Shown one piece after another: positions 11,112 through 19,211 of a stretch of DNA of 64,000 nt. The stretch covers positions 576,001 through 640,000 of the forward strand of contig OY759599.1 of assembly GCA_963662465.1 (NCBI GenBank), in the 5' to 3' direction. Both the position numbers and the translations under genes were made by a program. How positions within the stretch are numbered: the stretch's first letter is position 1; each line of letters begins with the position of its first letter. Source of the stretch: Desulfatiglandales bacterium. GTDB lineage: Bacteria > Desulfobacterota > DSM-4660 > Desulfatiglandales > Desulfatiglandaceae. Under the pieces are notes generated by a model. It was not told where the DNA came from. It saw only the letters and a list, made by a program, of their open reading frames with translations, and did no database searches.

Positions 11112-12709
11112 GAGGAAATAAGACCATGACGTACATGAAGCCGAAAAAGTTTTTTGAGGACAGTGGTCTGGTGGACCCTGCTCATTCCTACCATGTGAAT
11201 CTGGAGAATGTGATTAACACCAGGGGGCAGGACATGCGGACCATGGTGGATCTGGGTCGCTATTTTTCCATATTTGCGCCCCGACAGAGCGGCAAGACCA
11301 CTTTTTTCAGAGATTTTTGTTTCAGGCTGGCGGAAGATCCAACCTATGTCCCCATTCTCCTGAGTTTTCAGTACATGAAGAATCTCGATGCAACAGCCTT
11401 TTACGAACGTGTTCAGAAGGATCTGTTTCAACAGTTGACAAAACGGCTTGAATCCGTGAACTGCGCCGGGAAAGACGCTGTCAAAGACTTCCTGACCTCC
11501 ACGTCCGTTTCAACCCATGCCGGCATATATGATCTATTCGAAACGCTGAACCAACTGATTCAGTCAAAAAAGATCGTCATTTTCATCGACGAATTCGACG
11601 GCATTCCCCGATCCGAATTGGAAAATTTTCTGACCACCCTGCGTGAACTGTATCAGAAATACAAAGGACAAACGGACAAGGCCTTGTACTCGGTGGGGCT
11701 TGTGGGCATTCGAAATATCACCAAACTGATCGTGGGGGGCGTATCGCCCTTCAACATCGCCGACCAAGTGAAGCTTCCGCCCTTCAGTCTTAAAAATGTT
11801 TGGGACCTTTATGGGCAATACACGGATGAAACCCATCAGCTTTTTACGGAAGGAGCGGTTCTAAAGGTTTATGAAGAGACTGCGGGCCAACCTTGGCTGG
11901 TCAACCGGCTGGGGACCCTTTTGACCATCGATATCAAGCCGGAAACCACGGATCCGGTCAATGAGAAAGACGTGGAAAAGGCGGTGGAGCTACTCCTTTA
12001 CGAAGAAAATAATCATTTTGACAATATCACCGAGAAGGCCCGACAGTTCAAGGAAACCTTTGTGGATGTGGTCTTTGACGGGGTGAACTATGTTCCCGGC
12101 GATGAGGCGCAATCACTTCTTTTGACCCATGGACTGATTAAAGCCGAGGGGAAAAAGCTGACCGTGGCCAATCCCATCTATAGAAAACGATTTGCAAAGA
12201 CCTTTTTCCGGGAATCCCATGCCACAACGGACGTTGTAGACAAGGGGTATTACACGCCTGACGGTTTTCTAAACATGGCGGCCATTCTTTCCGATTTTGA
12301 AGAATACATCGTTCAGATCGGCGTCAATGCTTTTTATGCGGGGGGGAAGCCCTATGAAAAAACAGGTCAGTTTTTGCTGACGGCCTGGTTGTATCAGTTC
12401 GTGGAAGGCGGGAAGGGGGACCTTCGTTACGAGGTGCCCTCCGGGTTGGGCCGAATGGACATTTTGCTCACTTACGGGGGACAAAAAACCATTATCGAAA
12501 CAAAGATAAACCGAACCCTGATCCACAAGACCATCGACAAAGCTGTAGATCAGGTCTGCGACAAGTACCTTTTGACGGAAAGGGCGAACGAGGGGTATGT
12601 GATTCTCTTTGACGTCAAGAAAAAGGTCGGGGAGATCGAAGGCCCCCATACTCGGGAAAAAGACGGCCATAGGGTGCTGGTTTTTGATATGGGAATCGGG
12701 AGGGGGTAA
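11108..12709 (+). CDS. AAA-like ATPase + PD-(D/E)XK nuclease-like domain (copy 2, tandem paralog)
   Basis: Same motifs as copy 1, long near-identical DNA blocks, ATGA overlap with copy 1. Confidence 0.85.
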   Translation: MRGNKTMTYMKPKKFFEDSGLVDPAHSYHVNLENVINTRGQDMRTMVDLGRYFSIFAPRQSGKTTFFRDFCFRLAEDPTYVPILLSFQYMKNLDATAFYERVQKDLFQQLTKRLESVNCAGKDAVKDFLTSTSVSTHAGIYDLFETLNQLIQSKKIVIFIDEFDGIPRSELENFLTTLRELYQKYKGQTDKALYSVGLVGIRNITKLIVGGVSPFNIADQVKLPPFSLKNVWDLYGQYTDETHQLFTEGAVLKVYEETAGQPWLVNRLGTLLTIDIKPETTDPVNEKDVEKAVELLLYEENNHFDNITEKARQFKETFVDVVFDGVNYVPGDEAQSLLLTHGLIKAEGKKLTVANPIYRKRFAKTFFRESHATTDVVDKGYYTPDGFLNMAAILSDFEEYIVQIGVNAFYAGGKPYEKTGQFLLTAWLYQFVEGGKGDLRYEVPSGLGRMDILLTYGGQKTIIETKINRTLIHKTIDKAVDQVCDKYLLTERANEGYVILFDVKKKVGEIEGPHTREKDGHRVLVFDMGIGRG

Positions 12710-12712
12710 GCT

Positions 12713-12759
12713 GCTACCGAGGTAAGGCGGGACAGTTTCTCATTTGCGTGAACCTTGAT
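12713..12759 (+). repeat. 47-bp direct repeat, copy A
   Basis: GCTACCGAGGTAAGGCGGGACAGTTTCTCATTTGCGTGAACCTTGAT; 43/47 identical to 14540-14586. Confidence 0.9.
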
Positions 12760-12909
12760 CATCGTTCCGGCCATTTGCAGGGGTGAAAGACCCTTTTTTA
12801 AACTGTGCACCCCGATGAACCTTGTCATCATCAAGTAATCCTACCATCCTTTTTAATCGTGGTTCAAGACGATGTTGCCAACGCCGAATTGCAAGGGAAC
12901 GAGCCCTTC

Positions 12910-13201
12910 CTAAATTGTCCCGGCTTGTGGCTGTAGCCCAGGAACGGCTACGGCCACAAGCCGGGACAAAATGTTTGAACACGATTTAAAAGATTACCAT
13001 TGGCCGATAAAATGCAGACGAAATGGTGTAAAGGGGGGGAAGGAATTTGTCCGGACGCCGTCTTTTAATCCTGTCCATCTAAGAAATCCTGTTCATTGTG
13101 TTCAAGACAATGAGGATGCCCACAGTGACGGATAACCCTTTGCCTGTTCTTGAAAACTATAAAAATCACATCATCTACGATCACAAGCCGGGACAATTTA
13201 G
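12910..13201. mobile_element. MITE-like element with 27-bp terminal inverted repeats and an internal third arm forming a 24-bp hairpin
   Basis: CTAAATTGTCCCGGCTTGTGGCTGTAG (12910-12936) against CTACGATCACAAGCCGGGACAATTTAG (13175-13201); hairpin 12915-12969. Confidence 0.7.
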
Positions 13202-13209
13202 AAAATCAC

Positions 13210-13232
13210 GTTCCCACGCTCCGCGTGGGAAC
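13210..13232. repeat. REP-like palindrome GTTCCCACGCTCCGCGTGGGAAC
   Basis: Perfect stem read directly; resembles RAYT-associated REP elements. Confidence 0.75.
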
Positions 13233-13411
13233 CAGCGGGAGAAGCCGTGCAATCAATTCACAAATATTTGGAGTAGTTTATGTGCCAAAAATATTTGATA
13301 TTTTAAGAGAAAATATGATACCGTTTAGGTTCTAACTAGCTCACAATTAAAAAATGAATAGTTTTCATTTTGAGTTGTTCGTAAAAACAATTACCAAAAA
13401 TGAGGTTTATC

Positions 13412-13687
13412 ATGGAAGCAATTATTAGAGAATCTGGGGGAGGGGTAAGCATTATAATCCCCGAAGATTTTAAAAAAGAATATCCTTTTAAAGAACATAT
13501 GATTTTTGAAATATTCGCTGAAAAAGAAAGAATAATTCTTAAACCGCAAGAAAAAACAAAGCGTCAAAAACTCACAGATGAATTCAATTCTATAAATCTG
13601 GATGACTTTGAAAAGTATAAACAAGAAACGCTTGCTCCTTTTCTAAATATGTCTGCTGAGGGAATGGAGTTGTTTGATGAAGAATGA
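13412..13687 (+). CDS. AbrB/MazE-like antitoxin
   Basis: IRESGGGVSIIIPEDF...ERIILKP swapped-hairpin pattern; overlaps the downstream toxin start. Confidence 0.75.
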   Translation: MEAIIRESGGGVSIIIPEDFKKEYPFKEHMIFEIFAEKERIILKPQEKTKRQKLTDEFNSINLDDFEKYKQETLAPFLNMSAEGMELFDEE

Positions 13688-14021
13688 AGTGTCGCAACTG
13701 GGTTCAGCAGATATCATTTTTGTAAACCTTGATCCGAGAAAAGGTCATGAACAAGGTGGGGAAAGACCTGTTGTTGTGATTACTCCGGATTTTATGAATC
13801 GTTTAGGAATTGTCGGTGTTTTACCTATTACAAAAAGGAGAAAAGGTTTTCCATTTGAAATCCCGATCCCTTCGGAAATGAGAACAAAAGGTGTGATATT
13901 AGGTATACATTTCAGAAGTCTTGATCTAAAAGAACGTAACTGGAGATATCTTGAAACGATTCCTGAAAATAAGTATGAAACAGTGCGCGATTTTTTAAAA
14001 GCAATTCTAATTGATAAATAA
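13674..14021 (+). CDS. mazF: MazF/PemK family endoribonuclease toxin
   Basis: DIIFVNLDPRKGHEQGGERPVVVIT...LPIT...GFPFEI...RSLD. Confidence 0.9.
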   Translation: MMKNEVSQLGSADIIFVNLDPRKGHEQGGERPVVVITPDFMNRLGIVGVLPITKRRKGFPFEIPIPSEMRTKGVILGIHFRSLDLKERNWRYLETIPENKYETVRDFLKAILIDK

Positions 14022-14164
14022 TCAGACTTTTCCAGGCTAGTTTGAGAGCCACTAAAAGGCAATTCACAGCCGCTAAAATAAAATACTGTATCAGAACCCA
14101 TCCCAATTAAAATCGAAAAAGCCATTGTTTTAATTGGAAATATAAGAAATGAAATTTTAAATTT

Positions 14165-14345
14165 GGCTCATGTTGGATTCCGGGGTCGTAAACATGCTAA
14201 ATCGGAATAAAGTATTGATTTAATACGGATTTTGCTTAGGACACGGAAATGTGCGACCGAGCAATAAATGTTTAATATTTTTAGCATGTTACAATATGTC
14301 TTGGGCCTTTTTTGGAACAAAAGACCCTGGAACCCAACATGAGCC
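14165..14345. mobile_element. 181-bp MITE-like element with 23-bp terminal inverted repeats
   Basis: GGCTCATGTTGGATTCCGGGGTC (14165-14187) against GACCCTGGAACCCAACATGAGCC (14323-14345), 2 mismatches; internal IR AACATGCTAAA/TTTAGCATGTT. Confidence 0.75.
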
Positions 14346-14442
14346 ATAATGAAATTATAAAATTTGTAATCGTTCACAGGAGTACAGAGGACATCGGAAA
14401 AAATTGGGGTGCAGTCCAAATGTAACTTTCCTATTTCATCGA

Positions 14443-14527
14443 GTCAGGAACATTGCCCCGCTTCGAGGGGATTGAGACCTTGTTTCGGAGGCGTAAACCC
14501 AAAGGACCTTATTGCGTCAGGAACATT
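14443..14527 (+). CRISPR. Orphan mini CRISPR unit: one 36-nt repeat, a 37-nt spacer and a 12-nt truncated second repeat
   Basis: Repeat GTCAGGAACATTGCCCCGCTTCGAGGGGATTGAGAC (14443-14478) with a CCCC/GGGG hairpin followed by the 8-nt ATTGAGAC; spacer 14479-14515; GTCAGGAACATT again at 14516-14527. Confidence 0.82.
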
Positions 14528-14539
14528 ATTTTCTTGTTG

Positions 14540-14586
14540 GCTACCGACGTAAGGCGGGACAGTTTCTCATTTGTCTGAATCTTGAT
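14540..14586 (+). repeat. 47-bp direct repeat, copy B
   Basis: GCTACCGACGTAAGGCGGGACAGTTTCTCATTTGTCTGAATCTTGAT. Confidence 0.9.
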
Positions 14587-14715
14587 TGCCTTGATCCCTT
14601 GATTTTTTCTGATTAAACTGATGACCTGGCGCCACGAAGGCTCTCTCCCCCATTTTTTTGTAGGAAGCATCATAACGCTTGACCCATATATCGTATAAAT
14701 GTTATATTTTGTGCC

Positions 14716-15084
14716 ATGGAATGGGAATTACTGATCAGTCAAGAATATGAAGAGTGGTTTAACAATTTGCCTCAAAAGCACAAAATGGCAATAGCAACTG
14801 ATTTGAACGTGCTGAAAGATATCGGCCCAACGCTTGGGCGCCCGTACGTGGATCAAATAAAAGGTTCAAAATTCAACAATTTGAAAGAACTGAGGACCAA
14901 AGCCTCCGGGCATATTTATCGCAGCCTTTTTGCCTTTGACCCCCAACGGTGTGCCGTAATTTTATGTGGTGGAGATAAAAGAGGGAAAGATCAGGAAAAA
15001 TTTTACAAAAACCTAGTTTCCCAGGCAGAAACTGTTTTTGAAAAGCACCTCAAGAACATTCAAAAGAAAGAAGAGGTGAGATGA
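14716..15084 (+). CDS. RelE/ParE superfamily toxin (HigB/Gp49-like)
   Basis: GPTLGRPYVDQIKGSKFNNLKELR...RSLFAFDPQRCAVILCGGDKRG; TTGACC-N17-TATATT promoter-like motif upstream. Confidence 0.9.
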   Translation: MEWELLISQEYEEWFNNLPQKHKMAIATDLNVLKDIGPTLGRPYVDQIKGSKFNNLKELRTKASGHIYRSLFAFDPQRCAVILCGGDKRGKDQEKFYKNLVSQAETVFEKHLKNIQKKEEVR

Positions 15085-15380
15085 TGAAAACCTTGGAAAA
15101 ATTAATTGAAGAGAATTTTTCTTCCGAAGAAAAGGCTGAAATTCGGAGAAAATCAAAAGAGAAAGTAGCCATAATTCGCTTGCAACAGATTCGAAAATCA
15201 CACCATAAAACCCAAAAAGAACTTGCTCAGGCCATGGGTTTATCCCAATCTGCCTTATCGGAGTTCGAAAGAAGGCCAAATATTACTGTTACTGCAATGC
15301 AACGTTATATCGAAGCATTGGGGGGGGAACTGGTTATAAAGGCGGTGTTTCAGGGAGAAAGTGAGGAACTTCTCGCCTAA
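15081..15380 (+). CDS. XRE-family HTH antitoxin (HigA-like)
   Basis: LQQIRKSHHKTQKELAQAMGLSQSALSEFER...YIEALGGEL; overlaps the toxin stop. Confidence 0.9.
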   Translation: MMKTLEKLIEENFSSEEKAEIRRKSKEKVAIIRLQQIRKSHHKTQKELAQAMGLSQSALSEFERRPNITVTAMQRYIEALGGELVIKAVFQGESEELLA

Positions 15381-15519
15381 AAGGGATACGATCATGATTG
15401 ATGCTTCCGGACAGTGAGAAGTGCCTGGTTATGACGGTGATCGATCCGGGTTACATGGGTGGTGGAATCTACTTTGGATCGCAGAGGGGTACGTATAAGT
15501 ACGTTCTGAAACGTCTGAC

Positions 15520-16131
15520 ATGATGGTAACTTGGGAACTTGCCAGTGTTACCCAGGCGACAGCGACAGTCAATTCATGCACGAGCAACTGTTTATGGGAG
15601 CCCGGAGAAGTGGTAACCTTAAAGAAGTTTTATGGGGATATGAGCGCCACAAGCTTACCCAAGACCGGACAAACGCAAAGCTATTATTACTATGATGACG
15701 GATACTACCAGATGGGCATTGAAGCCGCTGGTTCACGATTTACGGACAATGGCGATGGGACCGTGACCGATCACCAAACTGGACTAATCTGGCAAAAAGA
15801 AGGCAGCGGGAATGATGTGCATTGGTTTGCCGCGATTGCGTGGTGTCATGATCTGTGCAGTGGTTATTGCGGGTTTTCTGACGGTTCTAAATGCGGCGAC
15901 TGGCGCTTGCCCAATATTAACGAGCTGAAGTCCATTGTTGATTACAGTACGTCTAATCCCTCCATAAACACCGAGTATTTCCCCAATACGTTTTCGTCCC
16001 ATTACTGGTCGTCTACTACCTATGCCAGTAGTCCGTACGACGCCTGGGGCGTCTATTTCGGCTATGGCGGCGACAGCTGGGGCTATAAGTCCAGCTACCG
16101 TTACGTTCGGGCGGTTCGCGGCGGACAGTGA
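15520..16131 (+). CDS. DUF1566 (Lcl C-terminal, CLec-like fold) protein, possibly decayed at the 5' end
   Basis: LPKTGQT, RFTDNGDGTVTDHQTGLIWQK, DWRLPNINELKS, YWSST...AWGVYF...YVRAVRGGQ. Confidence 0.88.
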   Translation: MMVTWELASVTQATATVNSCTSNCLWEPGEVVTLKKFYGDMSATSLPKTGQTQSYYYYDDGYYQMGIEAAGSRFTDNGDGTVTDHQTGLIWQKEGSGNDVHWFAAIAWCHDLCSGYCGFSDGSKCGDWRLPNINELKSIVDYSTSNPSINTEYFPNTFSSHYWSSTTYASSPYDAWGVYFGYGGDSWGYKSSYRYVRAVRGGQ

Positions 16132-16909
16132 TCGATTATTGGGCAATTTGATCCTTTGGTTATTTTGAGATAAGTCGCGGTCTAGACATTATCGATGTAT
16201 GGTACGGTGCATAGTCCATAATCTCATGCGTTATGAGAAATAGGCCACCGGTCAGGAAGCTACTTACCGGGAAAATCATGAATCTTATGATTCCGAGCAA
16301 CGCGAACCGGGTTAAGAGCGATATTTGAATGGACTTTTGCGGAGGGGGGTACAAGGAGATATATCCCCCCAGACCCCTCGACCATCCCACCCCGCCACAA
16401 TGAAGCCCGTCATTTCGCATGCAGTCCGGGGCGCACGGCGCACAGTCCCTGCCAGGTTCAAACTCAACCAGCCGAGCGCCCCCGTAGAGCGGGGTTTCCG
16501 GTCTGGTCATTCCATAGCAGGGTCCGGAAGTTACTGAAAAGTGTCCCTGGCATTGTAAGTTCTGTCATAATGTCATTGGACGAGCGGTTATCATTGAGGG
16601 GGCCAAACTGCTCTCATGGGGGACGGGGTCTTTCTGGGCAGCTGGGGCACTTATGGCACTGGGTGCATCCACAGCCGGTGTTCAAACCTGCATTATCGGG
16701 AGACTGGCCATCGAGATCGGAAAAAATGATGGCCGGCCTTTGAACGGCAGTACGGGGCATCGGATCATAAAGGAGGCGAAGTCGGATTATGACGCATTTG
16801 TTTCCGACTGGAAGTCGAAAAAGTGAGCATGGCAAGCCGGCATAGTTCGGCGTCGGGCATGCGGCAAAAGCAGACAGATACCGAAGAAAGATTGATGGTG
16901 AAGGCGCAC

Positions 16910-17482
16910 ATGAAAACCAGGCAAGCGAAACTGAGGGAATTGAGAAAATATACAAATTATACAGCAGGTCTTTCAGCGTGCGTCAAATCGCTTGATCAAG
17001 CAGAAGGGAACATGGGCAAAGCAACACTTTTTCTTCTGGAAAACGGTTTTGCGGAAAATAGAAATCCTCATCCCAAATGCCGCGTTCCAGAATCCATGCC
17101 CTCAATATCGGCATATATCGTAACAAAAGCCCTTTTGTTCCTAAGCATGGGCCCCGAAATCTACCGCAGACAGGATGCTTTCAGAATGCCGGACGCAAAA
17201 TGGGATGAAGAAACCCTTGAGGAGATTGAATCCTGTTACAGACAGTTAGCTGACGGAAAGGGTTTCAAAAGTGAATATCCAATAGAAAGCGTCAGCGTGG
17301 AAGGCTTTTATGCCGCCATGAGTACCCTTCATTTTCAAGTGGTTTCTCATGCCGCATTTTTGATCGATGGGGGTGAAGGGATGATCGATGAAATGCTTTT
17401 TGAGCATCTGGTGGACAAACGGCAGATCACGTTGTTCAACAAAGCGGATTTTCTTGAGGATCCTTTTCTTTCTTCGCTGTAA
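16910..17482 (+). CDS. Hypothetical protein with an EF-Ts N-terminal (UBA-like) motif
   Basis: KLRELRKYTNYTAGLSACVKSLDQAEGNMGKATLFLLENG resembles the EF-Ts N-domain pattern; the remainder is unrecognised. Confidence 0.55.
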   Translation: MKTRQAKLRELRKYTNYTAGLSACVKSLDQAEGNMGKATLFLLENGFAENRNPHPKCRVPESMPSISAYIVTKALLFLSMGPEIYRRQDAFRMPDAKWDEETLEEIESCYRQLADGKGFKSEYPIESVSVEGFYAAMSTLHFQVVSHAAFLIDGGEGMIDEMLFEHLVDKRQITLFNKADFLEDPFLSSL

Positions 17483-17720
17483 ACGCCAAAATTTTCACGA
17501 AAGCGAACGAATGAAATTGCCGGCGGCAGTTTGAGAGATAAGAAAATGCGGTACTGGTATATGAGTTATATTTGCGCAAAACCTGTTGATTCTCTTGCAG
17601 TATCTAGTTCTTTCCTGTATAATTTTTTTTATTGTAGTAGTCTAAAACGGTTGAAACGGGGAAAGGGCGGGAGCCAAAACCAAAAATCGGATGAGTGACA
17701 CCGTCGTATTTGCATTTTAA

Positions 17721-18086
17721 ACGGACAATTTCATCTTTGAAATTGATGATTACAGGGGTATTCCAGTAAGGCTTTCCCGGTCTGTGTGGCAGGATAAAAT
17801 TCTTTCCGATAGCCCTGTCGGACATCCCGAAGTCGTACCTCATGCGGACATACTCCCCGAAGCAATTCGGCGGCCTGACGTCGTCTTTTGCAGTACGCGA
17901 CGACCGGACACCCATTTGTTTTACAAACTTCATGTTGATGAAAGTAAACATTATATCGTCATTGTCGTAAAATACGTTCTTGAAGACAAATGCAGGGTCG
18001 GATACGTCACCACGGTCTATTTGACCGGCAAGCTTTATTCCAAAGGAGATATTTTATGGACGCTGCAACCCAAGAAGACCCATTGA
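17721..18086 (+). CDS. Putative RelE/barnase-fold (PBECR2/DUF4258-like) toxin; start codon uncertain
   Basis: Open frame from 17721: TDNFIFEIDDYRGIPVRLSRSVWQDKI...HPEV...PDVV...LFYK...YIVIVVK...GYVTTVY; directly upstream of a DUF2283-like gene. Confidence 0.55.
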   Translation, partial: TDNFIFEIDDYRGIPVRLSRSVWQDKILSDSPVGHPEVVPHADILPEAIRRPDVVFCSTRRPDTHLFYKLHVDESKHYIVIVVKYVLEDKCRVGYVTTVYLTGKLYSKGDILWTLQPKKTH

Positions 18087-18337
18087 CAGTTCAATATGAT
18101 GCCGAGCAGAATATCCTGTATCTCCTCTTTTCCTCAAAGGCCCAAAAGGCTATTGCAGAAGAGATGGACGACGAAGTTTTTGTGCGTTACGATCCGGAAA
18201 CCCGTAAGGTGATCAGTCTGGAATTCTTGAATTTCCAGGAACGGATTGCAAACATCTTCGGCCCGGACGTCAAATACCTGGGGTCCGAAAAACCGGAACG
18301 CGTATTGTTTACAGTGTCGGGCCGGAACGAAAAGTAG
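18056..18337 (+). CDS. DUF2283 family protein (putative antitoxin)
   Basis: VQYDAEQNILYLLF...EEMDDEVFVRYDPETRKVISLEFLNF. Confidence 0.8.
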   Translation: MDAATQEDPLTVQYDAEQNILYLLFSSKAQKAIAEEMDDEVFVRYDPETRKVISLEFLNFQERIANIFGPDVKYLGSEKPERVLFTVSGRNEK

Positions 18338-18432
18338 TCCTGGACTGGGAATGTCATGGAGACCTGAAGAAATACAGGCTCATCCTGGATTAATGTGAAA
18401 ACTTCCCCGTCGACGGGGGTCTGATGTATCTC

Positions 18433-18500
18433 AGGCCTGAAGGGCCGTGACATACCAGCTCAGGGCAACGCCCTGGGAAACAGATAGCCCTTTCAGGGTT
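18433..18500. repeat. REP-like nested palindrome
   Basis: CCTGAAGGGC...CAGGGCAACGCCCTG...GCCCTTTCAGG between convergent genes. Confidence 0.6.
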
Positions 18501-18515
18501 TTCCGAATGCCTCTA

Positions 18516-19151
18516 TTACTGGCCCGTCAGATGGAAAGCGCCCTTAATGCCCACCACCAGGAACTCAATGGAAAGGGCCAGGAGAATGAGCCCCATCACC
18601 CGGGTGAGGACCTGCTGGCCCGTGTGCCCCAGAAATCGCCCGATCTGTTCCGCCAGGGCCATGGCCACCCACAAAACGACGCTCAGTCCGGCGATAATTC
18701 CCACGAGAATCAACCGCGAGGCAAAAGCACTGCACAGCTCCGCATCGATAATGGAGACGCTGATGGCCGCCGGCCCCGCCATCAGGGGGATGGCTAGGGG
18801 CACCACAGCGATGTTGGCATCCTTGGTTTGGGCTTCCTCATGTTCCTTGCCGCTGTACCGCATTCCTTCTTTTTCGGCACGGGCCATGGAAATGGCCATG
18901 AGGAAAATCAGCAGGCCCCCGGCGATACGGAAATCATTGATGGTGATGCCGAAAAAAGAGAGAACATGCTGACCGCCGAAAACGGAGATCATCATGATGA
19001 TGAAAACCGCGATGGACGTGGTGAAAGCCACCTTCATCTTTTGCCCCTTATCCATCCCTCCCGTGAGTCCCAGAAACACGGGGATGAGGACAAAAGGGTT
19101 CAGCATGATGAACAAACCGGTGGTTATTTTGATGTAATTGGGATCGTGCAT
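18516..19151 (-). CDS. MarC family membrane protein
   Basis: LFIMLNPF, FRIAGGLL, AVVPLAIPLMAGPAAI, TRVMGLILLAL. Confidence 0.92.
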   Translation of the reverse strand: MHDPNYIKITTGLFIMLNPFVLIPVFLGLTGGMDKGQKMKVAFTTSIAVFIIMMISVFGGQHVLSFFGITINDFRIAGGLLIFLMAISMARAEKEGMRYSGKEHEEAQTKDANIAVVPLAIPLMAGPAAISVSIIDAELCSAFASRLILVGIIAGLSVVLWVAMALAEQIGRFLGHTGQQVLTRVMGLILLALSIEFLVVGIKGAFHLTGQ

Positions 19152-19211
19152 ACGCCTGTCATCTCCTCTCTGTTTCGGGTATCTCCTGAATCCATCGCTT
19201 GCCGGCCCCCA

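Noticed and set aside
16340..16620. Structured ncRNA or riboswitch in the GC-rich intergenic stretch
   Set aside because: No recognisable family motif (6S, SRP, cobalamin, c-di-GMP) and the overlapping ORFs look spurious; an Rfam scan is needed.
12710..18500. Integron cassette array
   Set aside because: No intI and no recurring RYYYAAC...GTTRRRY attC structures after the genes.
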